In this document: positions 28,557 to 43,625 of the stretch, piece after piece
Numbering within the stretch: the stretch's first letter is position 1
Layout: every line of letters starts with the position of its first letter
NCBI RefSeq assembly: GCF_009914755.1
Contig: NC_060934.1
Reading direction: 5' to 3' (one strand)
Length of the DNA: 64,000 bases
Source of the DNA: the human T2T-CHM13v2.0 reference genome, Homo sapiens
Notes under the pieces: model-generated
What the model saw: the letters and a program-made list of their open reading frames with translations, nothing else
Told to the model about the DNA's origin: nothing
Database searches by the model: none
Translations under genes and position numbers: made by a program

Positions 28557-29008
28557 GGCAAGGTTGCCAATCTTGGACCCACAGGCCGAATTTGGCCCAC
28601 TACCTGTTTTTGTAAATAAAGTTGTATTGGAATATAGCCATACTTATTTGTTTACATACAATCTAAGGCTGCTTTCACAACAGCAGAGTTCAGCCAGGTG
28701 TGGTGGCTCATGCCTGGAATCCCAGCTACACAGGAGGCTGAGGTAGAGGGATGGCCACCTCAATTAAAAAGAACACGTGAGGCTGAGGCAGGAGAATCGC
28801 TTGAACCCAGGAGGCGGAGGTTGCAGTGAGCCTAGCTGGCATCACTGCATCACTGCACTCCAGCTTGGGCGACAGAGCAAGGCTCAGTCTCAAAAAAAAA
28901 AAAAAAAAAAAAAGCAGAGATTAGTACGTTTACCAGAAACCATATGGCCCACGAAGTGTAAAATAGTTCCTATCTGGCCCTATGCAGAAAAATGTTGCTG
29001 ACCCCTGA
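28557..29008 (+). mobile_element. MER58A-like (hAT-Charlie) fossil split by an Alu
   Basis: 'cctgtttttgtaaataaagttgtattggaatatagcca' and 'tatctggccctatgcagaaaaatgttgctgacccctg'. Confidence 0.82.
28692..28913 (+). mobile_element. Alu monomer (right-arm-like) with about 35-bp non-Alu insert
   Basis: Alu sequence with A-tail; TSD-like agcagagtt / agcagagatt. Confidence 0.9.
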
Positions 29009-29063
29009 CCTAGGGAAATGGCCGGTAGACAATCCCCTTCCCTTGTTAGAATGGCTCAGTAGA

Positions 29064-30002
<939 letters not shown>

Positions 30003-30241
30003 TTACCCCCTTTCTGAAGGGTACCCACATAAGTCACCTACCATGGTGCCTAGCACATAAGACATTCAGGAAACAGGAATTATTGTTATTATCCATTTCA
30101 CTCTTCCTCTTAGAGTTGGGAAAACGAAGGAGCAGAGACAAGAAGCAACTCTGCCAATAATCTGAAGAAACAAGGAGATCTAGAACAAATATATTTATTA
30201 AGAGATAGCAAACTCACATCAAAAAACAGAGGCTAGAAGAT

Positions 30242-30387
30242 ACTTGCCATAAGAGGTAAAATGGCATCTATGGCTGAACCTTAAATGTAAGCACCCTTCC
30301 ACCAGATATCATGAAAAATAAGGTATATTGCATAAGTTTCTCTAGGAGATGAAAGCAAATGCGTTCCATATTAGAAAAAAATATTTC
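30242..30387 (+). repeat. About 146-bp dispersed direct repeat, copy 2
   Basis: Partner of 28380-28525. Confidence 0.93.
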
Positions 30388-30469
30388 CTTCAGCCCTAAA
30401 TTCTAAAAGGAGTTTCTCACATAGAGCCTTGAGAATATTTGGATTGGCAAGATGAAAAACGAAGTAATT

Positions 30470-30627
30470 CACAGCCCAACAACACTTTGTCAAACCTGTG
30501 TGGGTTTTCAAAAGTAGCCACACCTAAGCCTTGTCCTCTCGTCCTGACAGTCACTGGGGATGAGCCCCTGGGACCCTGTAAAAAGATTGCTGGTGATTCT
30601 GAGGCGCTGCCAGGGTAAAAGCACCAC
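30470..30627 (-). mobile_element. Possible MER5-like hAT fossil
   Basis: Reverse complement reads 'gtggtgcttttaccctggcagcgcctcagaatcacc'; weak. Confidence 0.35.
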
Positions 30628-30755
30628 AAGGCCTGTGCATTCAAGGTTTGAGGTAATTTTAGAAGCAGATCTCAAATGAGTGTTTTGGTTTTGAGATGGA
30701 CCATTAATGTAACTCAGCAGAGGATTCATCACCTGCAAGGGTAGAGTGATTCTTA

Positions 30756-31120
<365 letters not shown>

Positions 31121-31257
31121 GCCGAGGTTATTGTCATCGACTGGGGAAAGAACTGAGATAAATATTAGTAATGAGGTGAAGGAGAGGAGTGCAGACAGGA
31201 TGTGTGATTGTGGACCTGGCTTTGGAAGCAGGTGATAAACAATACAATTGCAGGGAA

Positions 31258-31574
<317 letters not shown>

Positions 31575-32154
31575 TCACACAGGACAGGCAGCCTGTGGAA
31601 TCTATGCCCATGAATGGCAGTACAGCTGCCTCTATTTGCTAGAATTTGAAACCTGTCTGCAGAGAGTTCCCAAAGGAGGCTCTTCTTATTCCTCAGAGAG
31701 CAGCGAATGTGGGTAATCTGTGTAATAAACATGCGTCCAAAAAGTGCTCCATAGTTTACTAAAAGTAAAAGGGCAGTTGGCAAGTTGATTGCAGAATTAT
31801 CATTTAATTTACTCCGAATTACCTCTCTTCATACTATATTCTGATTCTGCAAAAATGCTAATCTTAACAGTGGGAATTATGTCATGCTGGCAGTATTTGA
31901 ATGGCATGAAGTCTCTTTCCCTTAGGCAGAGTGGACTGTCACTCTATTTTCCCTGGTTACAGCAGTCCCCAAAGCCACTGCAGCAGGAGCTGCCATGGGG
32001 AAACATGGTACCTGCTTTAGTAGCTTCCAGTACTTAGGGGAAAGGATCCAGGAAGAATGTCTGAGCCTAGGCATTAAGAAGCAGATGGACCCACGATGAT
32101 CCAGAGACAGTGGAGGGGGAAGACATACTGAAATAATGACCATGATGAGGATGT

Positions 32155-32390
32155 TAAAAAGAGCTTACGTTCACTGAGCATTGATAAGGTGCCATTTACT
32201 GTTCTAAGTGCTTTATATAATCTTATTTAATCCTTACCGCAAATCTTCGAAATAGGGTTTATTATACCCAACTTACAGGTCAAGAAGTCGAGATGCAGAA
32301 GTGAACTGCCCAGTGCCAGCCAATGAGTTGAACTGGTGAGCCTGGCCCGGAACCCAGGTAGTCTGACTGCAGAGATGATGTGCTCAGCCC
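32155..32390 (-). mobile_element. MIR SINE
   Basis: 'cactgagcatt...gttctaagtgctttatataatcttatttaatcct...gaacccaggtagtctgactgcagag'. Confidence 0.8.
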
Positions 32391-33012
32391 TACACCCAAG
32401 AAGGGAGGGCCCATCTGATAAGACTATGATAAAACTGGACTCTGCAAGTCTTTGTGGATTGACTCTTCTGCTCTTGTCTCTGCGTTTCCAATTTTGAAAA
32501 ATTTATCTCTGTGGCTTGGAATGAGAAAGAACAGGATGTACCAGGCAGTGTGCACTAGGAACAATATTCCCAAGGGTGACAAACAGATCCCTGTCTCCGT
32601 GGCCTCCGCTTCATTCTTATCATCCCCTCTGCTTTAGTGACAGTTGACATGGATCATAGCTGAGCTTATGTACAAATTTCTACAATCCATGCCAGAAATC
32701 TGGTCTGTATCAGTTTTTACAGTCCTCAACTAGAAATGCCTTTCAGTATCTTTAGCCTTTTGTCTTTGTTCCAGAACACGTGAGCCATACTAACAAGTCA
32801 CAGTCATGCTTCGATGGCATTACCTGAGTCACTTAAAAAACAACAACAAACATTGGTCTGCATCTACACAAGTCAAAATGATTCAGGCTTTCAGTACAAG
32901 CAGTTAGTAAATCTAGCTCCCTTCATCTATTCACAGTTCACATCACATTTGGCCAATTCGGCTCATTGATGCATCATGGGTTGTAAAAATGGCCCAAATG
33001 AGTGCTGCATCA

Positions 33013-33040
33013 TTACAGGCATGAGCCACCACGCCCAGCA
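33013..33040 (-). mobile_element. Tiny Alu 5'-end remnant
   Basis: 'ttacaggcatgagccaccacgcccagc'. Confidence 0.75.
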
Positions 33041-36000
33041 TCATGTTTTCCGCACAGAAACCTAGTCCTGATGCGATTATATATGTTGATTGCAGAAAAC
33101 CCTGGGAGATACAGTCTCAGATCCCAACAGATCTAAACATCTATAAATAGCACACTCTATTCACATGTTTCCCTGAGATTTGACAAATTAAGACAGTCGT
33201 CCCAGGTTCCAAGATTTCTGAGAGAAATTCTGCACTGCTGAAATAACTCATGGATAATCATCTCTCTCCAGGGAATGAGGGGACAAGAAACAGATTCACA
33301 GGGACACAAAGAGGCAGATGGCAGGAGGAAAGGTCCTCGTGCTGCTACTTTTGTTGTTAACAATAAAATAAGATGTCACACGAAGCTGCGCGGCTCACAC
33401 CTTTTATCACCGCTGTCACTGCCAAGCCTAAGTGGGCGAGAATATTTCTTCATGTTTACCAACAAAATTAAATGCAAAATAAAATGAAAAACTCAGTCTT
33501 CACACTGCCCTTTTGTGACTTCTTTTTCCCTTAAAGTTCTCCCTGACTCGTTCTCAGTTTAATTAGATAGGAACTGTGTAAAAACATAGGGAAGGTGGGA
33601 AATTTTCCCTAACCATGTAGGTATGGTATTGATAGAAAAGACAAATTAAAGATAACCCCCATTTGGCTTTTAATCCACTTGCTATATTATCTAAGGGCAA
33701 TTCTAACTATGGAAATACAGCAATAATAACCACAAGAACGGCAACAGCAACAGTCACTGACCTTGTACTACGGGCAGCTGCCATTACATATTAATGCATT
33801 TGATGCTCACGGCAACCTTTTATAACGTACTTTAGTGGGTACTAATATTAATCCCATTTTGCACGGAAGGCAACATTGCGTATCTCTGAAGCACAGTAAT
33901 AATGCCTTCTATTTTCGTGGAACAAAAGCCTCATGCCCTGCTGGATCAGCTGGGAATGCAGAGAAGTTTCAAAACTTCAAATCTCGAAGCCCTGAACAGC
34001 AAGGTTTTCCCCATAATGAAATAGCCTCAGGGCCAAAGTGAAAACTTCTTACTTGATCATTTACAACTCAGGCTGAGTTTAGAAAGGACCCTTGTAGGGC
34101 CAGCTTCCTTCAACTTCTCTTTCTTCACTGCATCCTTCCCCTTCAATCCAGCTCTCCATTCACGCTTCTTATCCATCCCTCATTGAAGAGGGGCAAAGGG
34201 CACAAGGGCCCCGTCCCGTGATCTGAAGCCCCAGAGGAACAGGGTCGATCTGAGTGTTTGGGCCTCTGTGCACCAGCACGATTGCTTCATTATCTTCAGT
34301 ATGTTTCTTTGAATGCTGTGGTCATTGTATCTATTTCATGTGATTCTTTTTTTTTTTTTCTTCTAAAAATACCAAGTTGTCTGCGAAAGTCAAACCTGGT
34401 GCAGTGCAGTGGAGTATAACAACCCTACAGCCGGTTTCACCTGCCACTTGCGGACTTGCAATGTGAAGAATTCTGCTTTGACCTAGAAAGAGAAATATGT
34501 TTTGGGATTTGCTCCCAACTTGAACCAAAATAAAAAGCTAATGTGGCTTTTTTTCACCTTGAACTTAATTTCATTAAGTTGATATTCTTGAGTGCCTACA
34601 TCCAAGGGTGAAGTACATTCGTTGCTTTACTGATTTTTAGTACATGGCAGGTTGGGAGCTGCAGAATCACACATTTTCCAAACAGCTGGGGATCTACACC
34701 AGGGTCCTCATTCCTTCGAAAGGAAAGGGTTATTTTCATGTCAAGATCTCCCCATGTATTCATGTTAGAATGAATTTGTGTTAGTGCTAGGTATGGAGTA
34801 AATGAGATAAGATTGATCTAGGGTAGTAAATCTGCCTGTACTAAACGAGTTTCATATGCAGTTAACAGCATGTAAATTTCCTAAACGTGATTAACAGTTT
34901 CATGCATGTGAAACCTATCAGCTACTGATAAAGCTTTCATAGGGAAAGAAAAAAAAAAGATTACAAATAAGCAGGCTTGAATTCTCCCTCTAGGCTCTAG
35001 TCTTTTTGCTATAGATTTTTATTCTAATTTTTCCCCTCATTTTAGAGCTTGATATTTAATACTTTTAAGCGTTCCTATATTATTGAGTTGAAACAGAATT
35101 ATTCTTCAGCTGGCTGGCCCTGATCACAGGCAGCAGTTTATTGTCTATTTGGTGTACTTCATTGACACCTTATTCAACGTGCTTGCTTCTGTGTATTAAT
35201 TTTGGAGTCGTCAAATCCTGAAAATGAATCCTTAATCACGTGTTTACAATAGAATTTTAAGATGCTGATTATTTTTCTCTGCTAGCACCTTAGCAACACT
35301 GACAACATTTCAAGTGTTACAGGGCTCAGAGGATTTTTGTTTCCAGCATTCCTTAAATCCTAGCGCAAGGCGGGCCATGAGGCTTTGTGAAATAAGGACA
35401 CATTGTCGGAGAATGTCTCCAATTCCAAACTCTAGGTCTCTGGCACTTAAGAAGCCACTGCTAAGTGGCTGCTGTAACGAAAGAAGAAATTTGTCAGAGA
35501 AATCAAAGTTCCTGGGCCACGTGATTAAAAATGTGTAGTGAGGCTCTCGCATTGTGTAGCCCTCCAAAATACCCTCATTGTATTTATTCCTAAAAGGAGG
35601 TGAACAAACGTCAGAGAGGTTCACAGGAGTTTATATCTCAGACCCTCAAACTTCCCAAGAAGACCTCTGAATAAACAGATATACCTTCAAGAGGGAAGGG
35701 GTAAAGTGTAGAATTTTTGGCTCTCTAGGAATGATTAGAATTAAGGTGGCTATGTTTCAATGTTAATGACATTTTTAGCTGCTTGTCGGCTAATATTAAA
35801 CATGCAAATGGTCTCAGAACTGCTTCCTGGAGTCCTTCTGTACCGGATCAGTTTACATCTGAGATCAGGGCAAGGAGAAAGACTTCAGGAGTTCACCTCT
35901 CTAGAATGCAGAGGGCTGACGCAAAGCCCTAAAAATTAGAAGTCCCATTTCTTTCCAGCACCTTACAGACACTGAAGCTCTTTCACAGATGTTTGCTCAT

Positions 36001-36326
36001 TTGAGCTTCACCACTGGCCACCAGGCAGTTGATGATCTTAGGGGATGGTGGCTCTTGGGTAGAATGCCAAAGGGAACTGCACAACATGAGGAGGGAAAGA
36101 ACCTATGGGGTCAACTTAAGACACCACCTTGAACCCAGCAGCCCCTCCTGGCTCTTTTGAGCACATTGAACACTGAAGCTTCTACACTTTTCATTAAACT
36201 TTCTACATAGCCTCTTAAAAATGAAACTGTTTTTCACTTTCTACCAGAAGATAAGCTCCATGGGAGGAGAAACATGCACATTTGGTTTGTGTTTAACATA
36301 TTATTTGGAACCATGCAGATGCCTAA

Positions 36327-36637
<311 letters not shown>

Positions 36638-36799
36638 AGATGCTTAATTCTTATCTAACCTTAAAAACAGTAAACCCTGAAAGGCAAAGTCAAAAAAATG
36701 TTATCAGTATCCTGTCTCTAGAACCAAATATTTTATTATCATACAAACTAAGCTTCTCCTATTCCAGAAAAAGGAGACAGAAGGAAGGGAGAGAAAGAA

Positions 36800-37006
36800 C
36801 TCATTTATGGAACACCTACCATATGCCAACCATGCTACTAGATCCTTCCTGTGTATGTGTTTCCCCAATTCTCCCCCAAAATGTATGAAGTGGGGAGCAG
36901 GATCTCCACTTGGGGGATGAGTGAATCAATTCCATGAAACATTAAGGAGCTTATCTGCTGTCACGGGGTCAAAAGTGGCTGCAAGTATACTTATGTGTCT
37001 GACTAT
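36800..37006 (-). mobile_element. MIR relic (target of the adjacent L1)
   Basis: 'ctcatttatggaacacctaccatatgcca...' antisense MIR 3' end, degenerate. Confidence 0.5.
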
Positions 37007-37018
37007 AAGACTTTCCTG

Positions 37019-37294
37019 CTTCATCCATGTCCCTACAAAGGAAGTGACCTCATCCATTTTTATGGCTGCATAGTATTCCATGGTGTATATGTGCCACATT
37101 TTCTTAATCCAGTCTATCATTGATGGACATTTGGGTTGGTTCCAAGTCTTTGCTATTGTGAATAGTGCCGCAATAAATGCAGCACACCAACATGGCACAT
37201 GTATACATATGTAACAAACCTGCACATTGTGCACATGTACCCTAGAACTTAAAGTATAATTTAAAAATTTAAAAAAATAAAAATAAATTAAAAA
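37019..37294 (+). mobile_element. Young L1PA 3' fragment with 5' inversion (twin priming)
   Basis: Antisense L1 37019-37177 joined to sense 3' terminus 37178-37294 with A-tail; perfect TSD aagactttcctg (37007-37018/37295-37306). Confidence 0.95.
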
Positions 37295-37531
37295 AAGACT
37301 TTCCTGTTTATCAGGCCGCCTTCCCATCAATTTGTGGCTAGAAAGAAAAGGATCCTGACTATAAATAAGGGGTACTTTCTAATTTTAACAACTCAAAGCT
37401 TCTGAAGAGCAGAAAAGGACCCACATTGTTAATCCAATTGCATTAATAGACTGTGATAGAAAGACAGGGTATTCCACTCTCCCTAGAGAGTTCATTCATG
37501 TAGAATCTCCTTGTTCCTGAACCAGGAGATT

Positions 37532-37720
37532 CCCAAACTTCTGTGCCCTAACTTTGGGCCTCTGCCCTGAATACTCCTTGGTGCTGTACTTCTAGGAGGT
37601 ACAGATTTTTCCATAATAAAACATCAGGTAAAACTTCATCCTGAGTATAAAGTGAGGAATTGCCCCAAACTTCTGCACTGTAACTTTGGGCCTCCACCCT
37701 GAACACTCCTTGCTGTACTT
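37532..37720. repeat. About 58-bp direct repeat pair (37532-37591, 37664-37720)
   Basis: cccaaacttctg..taactttgggcct..ccctgaa.actccttg..ctgtactt occurs twice. Confidence 0.9.
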
Positions 37721-38291
37721 GTGTGTCCTCTTTCCCAGGTTCATTTTCCTATCCCCTGAAAATAGCTTCAAGTTAAGATTTTTTTCCCATAGTTTGGAAG
37801 AAAATTGTGCTCACAAAATGCACCCCTATTCTTGAAGCCCAGCTTACTGGATGAGTGGTTGTATTTGCTTTGTCGTGTTGGGGTCTTATATTCTATAGAA
37901 AATTTGCAAACTATTTTTAACCTCTTTTTAAAATTTTCACTTGCTTAAATTTTTTTAAGCCTCCCTTTATATCATCTTAGATAAAGTCTATCATGCTTTC
38001 TTCAACATAAACTGCAAAATCATTATTACTTGAGCTACATTCTTTTTGGGTTACATAAACTGAGATACTTCAGGAATAACAATCTCTCTGACAAAAGACC
38101 CAGTGTGCTTAAAGATAGCAGAACTCTTCCAGTGAACTGTTTTCCGGTGAGGATGTTGGAGTGCCCAGTGTACTCCATTTCAAAATACTAATGGAGGCAT
38201 TTGTTTTAGGAATCTGGACACATTGCACGTGATGTCATGTTATGTAGTAGTTTTTGCCTAGGCAAACCATTGCAAAGCACGGCTGAAGACC

Positions 38292-38322
<31 letters not shown>

Positions 38323-40309
38323 TGCTTTTGTGAAGCTATTAAACAATAGCCTATTAGATGTCTTGCTCCTAAAGGAGTTTTACCTGATGTTTTATTATGG
38401 AAAAATTTGTACCTCCTATTATTCTGCGTTCTCCCACTTCAGAAGTTAGATAATAAAAGAATAATGGAGTAATATCTTGCCAAGCAAGACACTCCATCTG
38501 CTTTTGTTTGTTATTTTTTTCTCAACCCATCACCCACTTTCCCCAAATGCTTCCTCTAATGCAATAATTTTCCTTTAACACAGACCTATGATTTTAATCA
38601 GCCCATCTGTGTGGCTTTGTCTGGGGGAAGGGATTAAGGAATTAATGTTTGTTCAGTTCACATTTTGAATGGAAGGGCATCTGCAAGCACCAGAGCTACT
38701 TTCTGAAATTCAGAGTTGGCAACTGTGAAGACCGTCCAACAGTCCACAATCTTTACTGACTTTTTCTTTTCTTCATTGGGGGTTGTGCTAAGTCTTAGGC
38801 AAGGAATGCTGTGTCGTCTGAGCAGAGAGATAATCCTTACACCCACCATCTGGATCAGAGACCACTGGGATCTCTATCTAATCTCTATCTCTACTCCCCT
38901 CACTGCAGAAAGAGGCTGAAATCATGAAGCACCTTTCCTCATTAGATTAATAGGACTCTAGTGACTACAGTTGAAACCAGACCCACTGGGTAGAGATTGT
39001 CACTAGATGCTGTAAAACGTTTTGTAGCCACTAAACCAACACCTCATAAAATGAGTGCATTTTGGACAAGCATAAACATAGATACTATTAAGAGCCCCAG
39101 AAGATCTTAGAGATTGGAAGAGAAATTAATGGCAGTGGGATGGATGGAATAAGAGGAGGAATTAACCAATATCTGCATGGCATTTATAGGGTCTGCAATG
39201 CCTTGGAATTACTGAATTATGAGAAGTGGAAAATATAGCTGCAAATAAAGAAAACTGCATAGGTGAAACATTACAGCTAAGAATTCAAAGAGATGGCTCC
39301 CAATCTCCCCTTGACTCTCATTCCCCATGCACATTAAGGAGCTGCGGAGTGCACAATGTACATTTTTATGCCTCATTAGATAAAATGTGATGTCATAGAG
39401 TGACAGTTGCCAGGGGAGCTCTAATTTGGAATTGCCAATGTTATACACCTTAAGATTCTCAACTATAGTGCGACGTTAAAACTCTTCTCACTGAATTTCT
39501 TTAATAAAAAACACAGCTGTGAACATTCATTCAAACGTACCGATCATGTTTTATTCCTATGAGTAATCACTTCCAGACTCAGCCTGACATTTGGAACTCT
39601 GTTTCTAAATGGAAGACTTTAGAATTAACAGAGACACCTTTCCTCATTAGAAACAAAGCCAAACTCACGGTGAGTCTGAACAAACTAAACCAGGGCTAAA
39701 GAAAACGCTAGTTCAAAACCATGCACATGTATTTGGAAATTGTCATTTGGACCTGAAACTCTTCTGTGCAGGCATGGAGGTGACCTGAAGGGCTTGGAAC
39801 TAACCTTCCGTCTCCAACCCAGAAACCACACTTCAAAGCTTTCTCTAGAGGTCATGACAGTTTGAAAAATATTAGCTTGAGAAAATTCCAGAAGTTCTCA
39901 AGGAGCAGGGATAAAGAACGTTTCATCCCACCACCACCCATTCTGTTGAGAAATGACTTAAAACTTGACAGTAACACTACTTCCGGTGCTTAAGAAATAG
40001 GAAACATAAAACCTTACTGTATGTGAGGGAAAGATGGGGAAGCTGTTAATTCCTAAAATGTGAACGAGCAGTGATTTTAGTGGACCATCCACTGGACGTT
40101 TTCTTCTTTGGAAGAGCGTCTGCATTTGACTTTGAGCTCCTTGTCTGAGTTCTTAGCAGGAAAAATTTCCCTAGCATACATGAGATTCTACTCACAATGG
40201 AAAAATAAGGTTCTAAAAAATGTAAGATAAGAAAATGGGAAAAGTATTGAGCAGAGATACCAGTTAATGACCAAACCTCTGGTGCAGGGAGGGCAATTTA
40301 CAAGAGGTA

Positions 40310-40480
40310 GGCTGGGAACTTGGTTCACCTCTAATCAGCTGCAAGGCTACATTTTTTGGAGTTGCAGTTCCTTCAAGCGTAAAGTGATATGAATAATACA
40401 TACTAATTAGTGTTGTGAAAAATAAACGAGAGGCCTGTGAAAGGCTTAGCCCAATGTCCAGCACACAGCAGGTGTCCCTA
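40310..40480 (+). mobile_element. MIR relic
   Basis: 'gtgttgtgaaaaataaacgag...gtgaaaggcttagcccaatgtccagcacacagcagg'. Confidence 0.6.
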
Positions 40481-40847
40481 TTTGCTCTCTTTGCTCCCTC
40501 AAAGTGACCCATCCTCATCCCAAGCCTCCTCTTCCACTTTGTTTTCAAATGCCAAAATGCTTTAGGCTATAGTCTCATCACTAAAACTAGAGAAGCTGTG
40601 ATTTCTGAATTCATTTCTAGATTTAAATCTGATCTAAAACTTCCACACACTGGAGTAAGGAATCCCTCATAGAGACAGATGCAAAGAGTTGGGGAGCCAG
40701 AAGGGTGGCATGGGTTTTAAATCCATTGCCTCACCTCATACATAATCACTTGAGTCACGCAGTGATTCCTTTGACGTTCACAACTGACTATTTCTAGAAG
40801 CCTCATGTTGTCATTATTGTGCAAGCATAACTCCATTTCTAATTTCA

Positions 40848-40887
40848 TACACACACAAACAGACACACGCACACACACACACACACG
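40848..40887. repeat. Imperfect (CA)n
   Basis: seen directly. Confidence 0.85.
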
Positions 40888-41099
40888 TATAAGCTTCTAC
40901 ATAAAAAAGGAGATAATCTAGACCTACTGGGAAAGGTGAAGGCAGAGGAATGCTCTGTCATCTGACAATTAGATCATTGTGAACAAGAAACCCTCAAGGT
41001 CCAATTTTTTTGTTAGAATTCTGTTAGAATTGTTAACACACTTAGGAAACCAGCCCTCTTCATAACATCTCAAAATCTTCTTTTTGTTTGTCGGTGTTC

Positions 41100-42900
41100 G
41101 CTAGTCTTTCTTTTAGAAAATATTTAAGTTATTTTAGTAGATGATAAAAACACGTAGTATAAAATTCAGAAGGTAGAAAGGTAGGTCCTCTTCTTTTCTC
41201 TGAACCTAGTATTCCAATTCCTATCCCTGGAGGCAATGGTGATCACCAAGGCTCTAGGATAAATTTCCAAAATAACTGTGCACACACACAGCTACGAATA
41301 TGTATATCAATATTTGCATAAGATGCCAACTGTTCTGAATCTGGGCTTTACATTTCACAGTTAATGTTACATCTTGTAGCTCACTTCATATCAGTAAATA
41401 CAGAGATGCCTCATTTTTTATAAAGGCTGCATAGAATTCCATTGTATGAATGTCCATACCTTTCCTTAAACCAGTATTCTCTTGATGGGCATTGAAGTTA
41501 TTTTTCAATGTTATTACTGTGATCATTACCATCATCATTATTATTCATGATTATGGAAATGGGCTTTTGGGCTATGCTTAGACCTAACTCATTTCACCGT
41601 CCTGTGCGTGTATCTGTAAGACAAATTTATAAAAGTTAAACTAATAGTTTGAATAATATGGACACTTTTTTAAACATGGACATTGCCAGATTGTCCCCAC
41701 AAAGATTTCATCAGTTGCACCATCAGAAATGCAAGCAAGTCCTTATTTCCCTATATTCTCATCAACACTGCTTACAGGCTATGGTTCTGATCTCTGCTAG
41801 TCTCTGGGAGTAATATCTCAGTATGGTGTTTGTTTGCATTTCTCTTTCTCTTGCCTGGTATCTTTTTGGGTGTTTCCATTTCCAACTGTTTGTATCCATT
41901 GCTCATGTGCCTATTGGATTGTTGGTGTTTATATTGATTTATAAAGATTTTTATATTAAATGTAACTGACATGAGTTGCAAATATTCTTATAGTTTGTCA
42001 TCGACTTTTTTATTTTGTCACTTTTTTGTCACATAGAAAATGAATATTTTTATGTGAGTAAAATATCTTTTAAATCTTCTGAGCTTTGTATCACCTTAGA
42101 AAGACCTTTTGTACTTTGAGATTATTGAGTATGTCTGTTTGTTATAGTATTTTAATGATTTTACTTTAACCTTCAAAAATTTGACCCTTCTACCGTTTAT
42201 ATTCCTGTAATGAGTGAGGTACTGATATATTTTTTGTGATAATTATTATTTAATGAATATTATATCTTTTCAAATTAATACATATATTTTAATATATGAC
42301 CAAGATACCATTTTGTCATATATTAAATCTTTGTATGTATTTGGGTTTGTGTCTAAATTTCTAACCTGTTTAATTATATCCTGCCTATTCAACCACTGGA
42401 ATTACTTATTTTAAATTGTTATAGTTATTTTATTAAGTGTTAGAGCTTACTTGTTTCCAAGCAGTCTGCTTTCCTAGATTTTCCTGGAATTCTTACTTTT
42501 TACTTTACTATATATGCTCTAGAATAAGCTTGTCTTGATACTTTAATTGAGTTACATGAAATTTACAAATTCATGTAAGATTCTTAAATCTATATGATGC
42601 TATGTTTTTCTATCCATGAACATAGTACATTTTTTATTTCTTTAAGTTTTCTTTGAGTTACTTATTCATGCTTTAAAATTGTCTTTATATATATTATGCA
42701 TATATCTCATTAATATTTTTCCTAGGTATATTCTAAATTGGGGGTATGCCTAGAAATAGGCCCTTCTCTTCTATCACACCTTTATACTAATTGTCGGTTT
42801 TATATAGGAAGTTTATTTTGTATATTAATTTCCCACTAGGCATCTTACACCACTTTTAGTAGTGTTTCAGCTGATTCTCATGTTTTGCAAGTAGCTAACA
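41100..42900 (-). mobile_element. Ancient L1M (L1ME-like) relic
   Basis: T-rich; 'ggctgcatagaattccattgtatg', 'ttgatgggcatt', 'ttgccagattg', 'tgagttgcaaatatt' antisense L1M motifs; boundaries approximate. Confidence 0.75.
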
Positions 42901-43009
42901 CATCAGCTGCAGATATGCCTTTATCTAAATTAGCTTATATACAATTGGAAAATAAATATTGTATATATTTTGGTGTACAGTGCAAATATTCCTTTGTATT
43001 TTGCTTTCT

Positions 43010-43625
<616 letters not shown>

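Noticed and set aside
37532-37720. CRISPR-like repeat-spacer arrangement
   Set aside because: Only two diverged units in primate DNA, no cas genes.
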